DNA of 63,767 bases, the filler included, from Octopus bimaculoides (taxonomy: Eukaryota), in NCBI RefSeq assembly GCF_001194135.2. It is 10 parts of 9 records of this genome, joined end to end, with 100 filler letters (N's around TTAATTAATTAA, not from the genome) between each part and the next. Parts side by side here need not be neighbours in the genome. Positions count along the whole stretch, not along the records: positions 53,468 to 57,125 come from NC_068982.1; positions 57,226 to 62,586 come from NC_068987.1; positions 62,687 to 63,767 come from NW_026304374.1; 7 more parts are not named here. One strand, written 5' to 3'. The position numbers and the translations under genes were made by a program. This document shows positions 53,640 to 63,767 of this stretch, in pieces. A model generated the notes under the pieces. That model was given only the letters and a program-made list of their open reading frames with translations. It was not told where the DNA came from and searched no databases. How positions within the stretch are numbered: the stretch's first letter is position 1; each line of letters opens with the position of its first letter.

Positions 53640-55680
53640 ACCTTATCAAGAAGGTATGCCTTCTTGATAAAAGCCTTTTCTAAGCATCTCTTTCTATGTT
53701 CCTTACAAACTCTCACTCTAGTCTAGAATTCTCTGTCAATATTTTCATACTAGACCTTATCAACTCTAATCTAATAGCCCATTTTAACGCTAACCCCCTT
53801 CAGTTGTTGACGATTGCCCTTGTCTTGCATAACAAGTTCTCTAATCCGGTCTTTGCAAGTTTGGTGAGCTGGAAAATACGCGTTCAGTTTCTAGCAATCA
53901 GATTCCTGCCTATGCAGCTTATCTATTGATAGATCGACTGTACAAATCCCAAATTTGTGGTATGTGTAGCCAACTAATTTGAATTGTTGACATTCTATGC
54001 AATCCCCATCTGCCGGCCTACAACACACTTTGTCTAGATACAACACTGTTTGCTCTTGTCAACATTAGCGCATCCGGGAAACTCAGTCGGTACTTGTCAG
54101 GCAGTTGGAAACGTTTGTGTAAGTTTGCTACAGTTTTGAACCCTCTCTCCTATCATCTATCCCTACTCAGTCTAAATATCCGGGCAAACTGCTGCTGAAA
54201 ATCTGCAGTACTCCTCATGATGTCCCAAGTTCCACCGCGCATCAAAGTTGGTATTCCAATCTCATACTAACATTAAAGAATAGAATGTTCCCGGGAAATT
54301 CTCTAGACACCCAAAGAAATCTGGCTGCGTCGCCATGTCGGCGTCTAGACGGCTGCTTGGTCTGAAGGAATGGCCTTCATTGTTAGTCACCTACTTACCC
54401 TCAGGGTTCAAGAAAATAGCCTTTATTGTGAGATTAAGACCTTTCCGAAACAACACTGTGACTCCATTTTCCCATGTCAACCGACTTGGCGATGCGTCCA
54501 CCTCATAACCGACGAAGCTGAGCGCGAAAATTTTGATCTTGGTGATGGTTACCACATCTATGTAGTCATAATACAGGTAGCTTTGCTTTCAAGTTGACCC
54601 AAGGCCACGTGCATTCAGATTACCTTTCCTGGTTATGGCTATGTTGGTTGAAAGAGGCAAAGTGAGAAGAATCACTTACCTGATCCCTGTGGAAAGACAG
54701 GTGATCCGCCCTTCTGGTTACTTGTGAGAGTTATCATTAGTACAATTTTATGTATTCAGTTGTTTATTGTCCTTCAGAAATCTCCTGTTCCATTGAGATG
54801 TTTATTTCTAGTCTGTTATAGGTTACTTGTGTTGTTTTTAGGATTTTATGCCTGTTAATATATTACTTTTGATATGATGAAGTCTGTGTATAATTTTTTT
54901 TTGTCTTGAGTTATATCGATTATGAATTCCTTCTTTGTGTCTATGGACGTATAGTTTATGGTGTTTCTTTGCAGCTCTTGTTCTTGTTAATGGTTTGTGG
55001 GTAGATTAGGTTGTGCTTGTACTTGTTATAGTTTTTGCAGTGTTGATGTTGTCTGTGGTGGTTGTAATGGAGTTGGTATTTTATTCCTTTCAAATCTCTT
55101 CAAATTTCCCAGCCTTTTGTGAGAATAGATTTGTTTAGTTGTTCTCTTCTTTCTATCCCTTCTTTCGGAGAGAGTTTCTCCATTTTCCATCTTTATTGCC
55201 CTCATTGTAGGACATATCTGAGTAATGCGAAAGAGAGAAAGCTATGAGTATGTCTTGTTATGTCATTCTGCAGTCGCAAAATTTTGATGCAGATGTTGAT
55301 GTTGTTTCCATAGGTGTCATTGGCGAAGCGGGAGTTCTGCTGCTGTTTTGGTTAATACTACAGCTTCTGTCAGCGTTGCTGCTGCTGTTGCTACTTTCAC
55401 GATTGCTGCTCATTTTACTGTTGCATTTGTTTGTTGCTGTTGTTATGACTGTGGTTTCATACTGTTGTCGATGTTATTGTTGTGACTGCATGCTGTTGTT
55501 ATTGTTTACCAGGTTGTGGCGTTGACATCAGTAGAGACCTTCTCCCATTTGCGCTCTGCTGTGGGCAGAAACCCCTTAGGTGGGTGGTAGTGACACACAT
55601 GTAATATCTTGGCCTTCGATCCTCTACCGCAATGAAAGGGTTCCACCGGGCAAATAAATCGGGTGGAAGGTGGTTTCGAT
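53640..55680 (-). mobile_element. Decayed Tx1/L1-like LINE (ORF1 zinc knuckle plus APE endonuclease)
   Basis: RRPRYYMCVTTTHLRGFCP (degenerate CCHC); GVTVLFRKGLNLTIKAIFLNPEG, YLDKVCCR, GYTYHK and *KLNA (APE-like motifs). Confidence 0.7.
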
Positions 55681-55711
55681 TATCTTCTGATCCGTTTCGA
55701 TAAACAAATTT

Positions 55712-55764
55712 GTTGTTTCACCTGAGCTGTTCTAGCATCGCTAGAACAGCTCAGGTGAAACAAC
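55712..55764. repeat. Perfect 25-bp inverted repeat with a 3-nt loop
   Basis: GTTGTTTCACCTGAGCTGTTCTAGC-ATC-GCTAGAACAGCTCAGGTGAAACAAC. Confidence 0.97.
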
Positions 55765-58460
55765 GAATAGGTCCCTCTTTTTCGGTATCAGTCAGCTCAG
55801 CTGCCACCAACCAGTAAATGTTTATTTTTGGCAGCATGTTTACAACTCTTACTTTCGCCACGGTTCAGACATAATATGTGGAAAAGGTGGAAAAGAATGT
55901 TGCATTCGAGACAAAATTAGAAGTGCATTGTGACCAGCGCTGTATAACAGCATCTGATGGTTTGGTCGATACTGTGATACTAATATATATATATATATAN
56001 NNNNNNNNNNNNNNNNNNNNNNNNNNNNNNNNNNNNNNNNNNNNNNNNNNNNNNNNNNNNNNNNNNNNNNNNNNNNNNNNNNNNNNNNNNNNNNNNNNNN
56101 NNNNNNNNNNNNNNNNNNNNNNNNNNNNNNNNNNNNNNNNNNNNNNNNNNNNNNNNNNNNNNNNNNNNNNNNNNNNNNNNNNNNNNNNNNNNNNNNNNNN
56201 NNNNNNNNNNNNNNNNNNNNNNNNNNNNNNNNNNNNNNNNNNNNNNNNNNNNNNNNNNNNNNNNNNNNNNNNNNNNNNNNNNNNNNNNNNNNNNNNNNNN
56301 NNNNNNNNNNNNNNNNNNNNNNNNNNNNNNNNNNNNNNNNNNGTGTATGTGAGTGTGTATCACTGAAGCCATTCATACATACATACATACATACATACAT
56401 ACATACATACATAATTGCTCTCTCTCGGTTTTTCTCTGTCAATCACTCACACATTCACTCACTACAAAAACTGAATAAAAAATTTCAGTTATCTCTCACT
56501 CTCTCATATACACACAAACCATCAACATTACTCTCTCTGTCTCGCACACCCCATCAAACATACACACATACACATACAGACATACACACGTACATCAATT
56601 CTTCCGTCTCACGCCAACTTCAAAAGAAGTTCAGTCATAAAACTGTCCATGTTTCTTTTCATTTGACACCCACTTCAAAAGATCTCCTTTCCCCAAAACA
56701 CATTTAAAAAAATAATTTCACTTGTCCGGCCATTGATCGAGAGATAAAACACAAACCACCTCCTGCTGATTGCAAAGCTCCCGCCAAATTATCCGCAAAA
56801 AACACACACACATACACACACACACACGTCCATTTCATGTCTTTCACTTTCTCTATGATTATACACACGTCCAATACAATAGCTCTCACATACATTTTTG
56901 TCTTCAACAGATATGTATCTATTCTATAATATAAATTGTTTTTCTATAAGTGTATAACAATTACTTATTCCATACTTCTTCACTTAGCTTTTATCTTCAC
57001 TTTTCTTAAATTGGATACGTCTGCAATTAATTCTTACATACAATTTCCCCGTTAATTCTTACAGCTTCATTTTCTGTTAAAGTAATTCTTAACGTCAACA
57101 TCTTAATGCCTCTATTATTTTTTCCNNNNNNNNNNNNNNNNNNNNNNNNNNNNNNNNNNNNNNNNNNNNTTAATTAATTAANNNNNNNNNNNNNNNNNNN
57201 NNNNNNNNNNNNNNNNNNNNNNNNNCTCTCTCACTCTTACTCTCTACACTCTTACTCTCTTACTCTCTCACCCTTACTCTCTTACTCTCTTCTCTCTTTC
57301 ACTCTCTCTCACTCTCTCTCACTCTTACTCTCTACACTCTTACTCTCTTACTCTCTCACCCTTACTCTCTCACTCTCTTCTCTCCATCCCTCTCTTCTCT
57401 CCTTCCCTCTCTCTCACTCTCTTCTCTCCTTCCCTCTCTCTCACTCTCTTCTCTCTCACTCTCTTTCTCTTCCTCTCTTTCTCCCCCCATACCCACCTTC
57501 CCTCTCTTTCTTCCCCCCATACCCACAATCCCCCTCTCTCAATCCACCTTCCCTCTCTTATACCCACCCTCTCTCCTCTCTTCCTCTCTTTCTCTCCCCT
57601 CACATACCCATCTTCCCCCTTTCTTACATCCACCTTCCCCNNNNNNNNNNNNNNNNNNNNNNNNNNNNNNNNNNNNNNNNNNNNNNNNNNNNNNNNNNNN
57701 NNNNNNNNNNNNNNNNNNNNNNNNNNNNNNNNNNNNNNNNNNNNNNNNNNNNNNNNNNNNNNNNNNNNNNNNNNNNNNNNNNNNNNNNNNNNNNNNNNNN
57801 NNNNNNNNNNNNNNNNNNNNNNNNNNNNNNNNNNNNNNNNNNNNNNNNNNNNNNNNNNNNNNNNNNNNNNNNNNNNNNNNNNNNNNNNNNNNNNNNNNNN
57901 NNNNNNNNNNNNNNNNNNNNNNNNNNNNNNNNNNNNNNNNNNNNNNNNNNNNNNNNNNNNNNNNNNNNNNNNNNNNNNNNNNNNNNNNNNNNNNNNNNNN
58001 NNNNNNNNNNNNNNNNNNNNNNNNNNNNNNNNNNNNNNNNNNNNNNNNNNNNNNNNNNNNNNNNNNNNNNNNNNNNNNNNNNNNNNNNNNNNNNNNNNNN
58101 NNNNNNNNNNNNNNNNNNNNNNNNNNNNNNNNNNNNNNNNNNNNNNNNNNNNNNNNNNNNNNNNNNNNNNNNNNNNNNNNNNNNNNNNNNNNNNNNNNNN
58201 NNNNNNNNNNNNNNNNNNNNNNNNNNNNNNNNNNNNNNNNNNNNNNNNNNNNNNNNNNNNNNNNNNNNNNNNNNNNNNNNNNNNNNNNNNNNNNNNNNNN
58301 NNNNNNNNNNNNNNNNNNNNNNNNNNNNNNNNNNNNNNNNNNNNNNNNNNNNNNNNNNNNNNNNNNNNNNNNNNNNNNNNNNNNNNNNNNNNNNNNNNNN
58401 NNNNNNNNNNNNNNNNNNNNNNNNNNNNNNNNNNNNNNNNNNNNNNNNNNNNNNNNNNNN

Positions 58461-58491
<31 letters not shown>

Positions 58492-59070
58492 TATATAAGC
58501 TATCTGTCTCTGTATGTATGAATGTACATACTTACAAGCATGCTTGCTTACAAATATATATACACTCTTGCATACTTACATATATACATACATACACGCA
58601 TGTATACTTACATATATACATATATACACACATGCATACATACATACATGCATACATCCATCCATCCATCCATCCATACATACATACATACATACATACA
58701 TACATACACGCATGCATAATTGCATATATGCATACTCACATATATATATATATACATACATACTTATATAGATACATACAGAAAGACAGACAGACAGACA
58801 AACAGGCAAACATATTAAAATAAGGCCAAAGGGGAAATATATAATAGGAGGAGAGATCGTATAGTTATGATGATGCATATTTGAGAGGGGGAGAGTGGGC
58901 AGGGGGGAGCGGGATAAAGTAATACAGAAAGTGAGAGAGGGGGGAAGGGGAGTAGAGATAAATAATTTTAACTAAGGAATATTGACCTAATCTCTCCCAC
59001 ATCCGTTGATCAGTTCACCTATTTTATTGATCATATACAGATGTTACACAAAACGAACCGTTATGTATGT

Positions 59071-59109
<39 letters not shown>

Positions 59110-59174
59110 TATGTGTGTGTAACTGTACATGTATGTATATGTATTTGTATGTGTATAGGTAAATATATATATTC

Positions 59175-59205
<31 letters not shown>

Positions 59206-59414
59206 CGTGTGTGTGTGTGTGTGTGTGTGCGTGTGTGGATGTGAATATGTGTGTATACGTGTGTGCGTGGGATGTGTGTCAGTGTGTCTGCGCATGTAGG
59301 TATATATGTGTGTATTAATAAATATATATATTTATATATTTATATTTATATTTATAGATACATATGTACATATTTATATATAGATAGATAGATATATGTA
59401 TATATAACACATAT

Positions 59415-59458
<44 letters not shown>

Positions 59459-60339
59459 GGATCTGAATATGTATGTATGTGTATATATATATATATATAT
59501 ACACACATATATATATATATACATGCACACACATACACACACACACACATACACACACACACACATACACATATTTAAAATACGTACTGAGATCTATCAG
59601 TTAGACTAAGCTGTTCAAAGCAGTGCCCCAGTAAAAGAGGTCTAAGAACATATTTACTCATTTGACAAAAAGTAGAAAAAATGCTTTGGTCCAATTGTAG
59701 AACATCTGACGTGTTTAGAAAAGTTTGTTACATGAAATATAAGGGTGTTATCNNNNNNNNNNNNNNNNNNNNNNNNNNNNNNNNNNNNNNNNNNNNNNNN
59801 NNNNNNNNNNNNNNNNNNNNNNNNNNNNNNNNNNNNNNNNNNNNNNNNNNNNNNNNNNNNNNNNNNNNNNNNNNNNNNNNNNNNNNNNNNNNNNNNNNNN
59901 NNNNNNNNNNNNNNNNNNNNNNNNNNNNNNNNNNNNNNNNNNNNNNNNNNNNNNNNNNNNNNNNNNNNNNNNNNNNNNNNNNNNNNNNNNNNNNNNNNNN
60001 NNNNNNNNNNNNNNNNNNNNNNNNNNNNNNNNNNNNNNNNNNNNNNNNNNNNNNNNNNNNNNNNNNNNNNNNNNNNNNNNNNNNNNNNNNNNNNNNNNNN
60101 NNNNNNNNNNNNNNNNNNNNNNNNNNNNNNNNNNNNNNNNNNNNNNNNNNNNNNNNNNNNNNNNNNNNNNNNNNNNNNNNNNNNNNNNNNNNNNNNNNNN
60201 NNNNNNNNNNNNNNNNNNNNNNNNNNNNNNNNNNNNNNNNNNNNNNNNNNNNNNNNNNNNNNNNNNNNNNNNNNNNNNNNNNNNNGTCGCTTTCTTAACG
60301 TGGAACTCGTAATAGATTAAGCAATGTAAAATCTTTTCT

Positions 60340-61005
60340 TATTTCTTTATTGCCCAGAAGTGGCTAAACATAGAGGGGACAAACAAGGACAAAGGGATTA
60401 AGTCGGTTATATCGACCCCAGTGCGTAACTGGTACTTAATTTATCGACCCCGAAAGGATGAAAGGCAAATTCGACCTCGGCGGAATTTGAACTCAGAACG
60501 TAACGTCAGACAAAATACCGCTAAGCATTTCGCCCGGTGTTCTAACATTTCTGCCAGCTCGTTGTAAAATCCTTTCAGTTATAAGCACAAAACCTGAAAT
60601 GTTATGGGCAGCGAGCTATTCCATTACATCAACCCAGTACTTGACTGGTATTTACTTTATCTACTCCAAAAGGATGAAAGGCAAAATCGAACTCAGTGGA
60701 ATTTGAGCTCAGAACATAAAAACGGACGAAATGCCGCTAATTATTTTGTCATACGCGGTAACGGCTTTGCCAGCCCGCTATCTTAGATAAAGCAATAAGT
60801 AATGGTCTCCAATTTTTGTTCAGGACTGCAGCTTTTGAGGGGAGGGGATAGACGATTACATCGATTCCAGTACTTAATTGGTAATTTTTTATCGACTCTG
60901 AAAGGATGAAAGATAAAGTCGACCTCGACGAAATTTCGTAAAGACGGACTAAATGTCGGTAAGTATTTTTACCGGCGTGTTAATAATTCTGGCAGCTCGC
61001 CGCCT
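60340..61005 (-). mobile_element. Three consecutive family-A SINE copies
   Basis: Three diverged copies in the same orientation (~60340-60560, 60585-60780, 60810-61005). Confidence 0.85.
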
Positions 61006-61201
61006 TAGACAAATCAGTATATAGTAAAGTATAAATTGTAAAATGCTTGCTTACCACGTGGTTTTGGATTCAGTCCCATTGTGCTCTTTCTTCTACATTG
61101 TGTTCCTATCTTCTACAATAGGAACAGATTGACCTATACTTTGTGAGTGAATTTGGTAGAGTGAAATTGTGAGGAAGCATGGTGTGTATATTTTTTTTTT
61201 C

Positions 61202-61518
61202 TTATAATTAATTATATATATGATTATAACAAGGAACTGGCTATTGTGTAGACACTCGTGAATTTATGCTATGGAGTAACATTGCTGAAAATAGCAGTAG
61301 GTATAATTTCTTCTTTTTTTTTACCTTAAGCTTGAAACGGGATCTTGTAGATATTTAACCAAAAGTTTAATTCATTATCTTTCTTTTGCTTGACTACAGC
61401 CCATTTTATATTTTTGGGAGTTTTTAAGATGGTATTAGCGTCTTTTGGCGTCCATTTCTAGCGCGTGGAGAGGCTTATAGCCAATCCCTTGTTATAATTA
61501 TGCATATAATTATTATAA
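61202..61518. mobile_element. MITE with ~45-bp AT-rich TIRs
   Basis: TTATAATTAATTATATATATGATTATAACAAGGAACTGGCTAT is imperfectly mirrored at 61477-61518. Confidence 0.65.
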
Positions 61519-61805
61519 TGTTTGTAAAATTCACGGATAAGGTTTTTTTATCCTCTGACCCTTGGTAGAATCATTAATGATTTTTACCCTTTATTATAAT
61601 ATATATATAGATAGATCGCTAGCCACTACACATTCTTTTTTCTTTCCTTGTTTCTCTCCTTGTTTCTTTTCGTGTTCCTTTCCGTGGAAGAGCGTAGGCT
61701 CGAAACGTTAAAGACATTTTCACTCCCCGAGCGTTATACTAATACATCTGTTTGCTTTCTACTCCACCTGTCTTCGTCTTCTGTTTTTTTTTTGTGAATT
61801 CTCCC

Positions 61806-61873
<68 letters not shown>

Positions 61874-61877
61874 AATA

Positions 61878-62303
61878 AGGTGTGTTATGAGCATCTACGG
61901 AACACGTATCCTATATAAACTCAACAAACAAAGATGGAGAAGAGATGTTAAAAGTTTTAGAAAATGCATGCGATCGTTTCAAATAGTAACACCAACATGT
62001 AAGAAACATGGAAAAAATTAAATCAATCATAATTAAATTAATTTAATTTAATTTACCATTCTCCGCAGTGCAAAAAGAAGAATACATCAGAAAGGTAGTA
62101 TCAGAAGAATATTATGTTGCTACAAAAGACTATTTGGATATTCATAAAAATTGGATATTCATAAAATGATTATGAAAGATGAAAATATTACATGCTTAGG
62201 TAGTATTGAGTCTGATTGTGTAAGAACATCTTTTCTTCTCCATTTTTAATCATTTGTTGAGTTTATATAGGACATGTGTTCTATAACTGTTCATAACACA
62301 CTT
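61878..62303. mobile_element. TA-flanked MITE with ~75-bp TIRs
   Basis: AGGTGTGTTATGAGC...CCTATATAAACTCAACAAA is mirrored by TTTGTTGAGTTTATATAGG...CATAACACACTT; TA on both sides. Confidence 0.8.
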
Positions 62304-62450
62304 TATACTAGTAAAATTTTCATTTTTTTAAAAAAATACTTGCAATGGTAAGCTACAAATTTAATATGAAGATTCTTTATTAGAAATCTAACTTTGGACC
62401 CACCCCACAAAGTAAAAAGGATGAAATTGAACTCAACCTTTCTCATATAT

Positions 62451-62481
<31 letters not shown>

Positions 62482-62691
62482 ATGTATATATGTGTATATA
62501 TATGTGTATATATATGTATATATACATATACATATATATATATATATACATATATATACATATATGTATGTATGTGTGTATGTATGNNNNNNNNNNNNNN
62601 NNNNNNNNNNNNNNNNNNNNNNNNNNNNNNTTAATTAATTAANNNNNNNNNNNNNNNNNNNNNNNNNNNNNNNNNNNNNNNNNNNNTAATA

Positions 62692-62726
<35 letters not shown>

Positions 62727-62734
62727 AATAATTA

Positions 62735-63200
62735 TGTGTAAAAGATAGGCTACAGCAAATATTCTGCTCAATACTACGGATTTGCTTGTCAGTTGTTTGA
62801 TCTTAACGAGTTGAGCATGTCGTTTAGTGGCTGACAATATGTGCATCTTAGATCACAAACAGAAGTAGTTGGGGAATAACATGGACACGTGCTGAGAGGA
62901 ATTATTTGTGGTTTGGATAATTCACGTCTGGAAACATGGATGTTTAGTTCAATATCCTTAAACGAACCTTCTTCAGGGATCTTTGGAGTTGGATGGGCTA
63001 CTCGACCTGAAGAAAATTCAACCTGGGCTTCACCTACAAGGTCATTCGCTGTTAATCTTGATATGAGATAATCATGTAGTGTACATATGGCTGTGAAGCA
63101 TGTGTCTGGTGTACCCTTAGACGGGTAGTCAAAATGGGTATACTGATTTTCGTATATTTTACCCCAGTACACTTTGATGGCATGCACTGCTCTTTCACGC
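62735..63200. mobile_element. Interspersed repeat embedded in (AAT)n, class unclear
   Basis: A partial homologous copy lies at ~29650-29830; flanked by (AAT)n on both sides. Confidence 0.7.

Positions 63201-63767
<567 letters not shown>

Noticed and set aside
62789-63200. ~130 non-repetitive codons open on the minus strand
   Set aside because: The sequence is an interspersed repeat (homologous copy at ~29650) and the ORF start is a microsatellite.

Overview
AT-rich, microsatellite-dense eukaryotic draft scaffold with many N gaps. The SINE/LINE landscape suggests a cephalopod (Octopus-like) genome; this is inference. Three protein-coding loci are supported. (1) An OSGIN1/2-like flavoprotein gene on the minus strand: two exons join in frame, the 3' end lies in a gap and no 5' exons were found. 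(2) One 110-nt exon of a nicotinic acetylcholine receptor-type Cys-loop subunit on the plus strand. (3) A plus-strand multi-exon gene absent from the ORF track as a whole, with four phase-compatible exons at 22.1-26.1 kb and a possible first exon at 18.8 kb. It encodes a ~260-aa protein I cannot assign to any family and converges on OSGIN. The rest is transposon-derived: several tRNA-derived SINE families, Penelope-like elements, Dong/R4-type LINE ends embedded in (TAA)n, RTE, CR1 and Tx1 relics, a full-length decayed Tc1/mariner (maT-like) element, and several MITEs. Notable non-coding structures are a head-to-head palindromic tRNA-headed SINE with hammerhead-ribozyme-like tails, two near-perfect hairpins, and a CpG-rich promoter-like island. 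Most long ORFs in the supplied track are artefacts of N runs or microsatellites.
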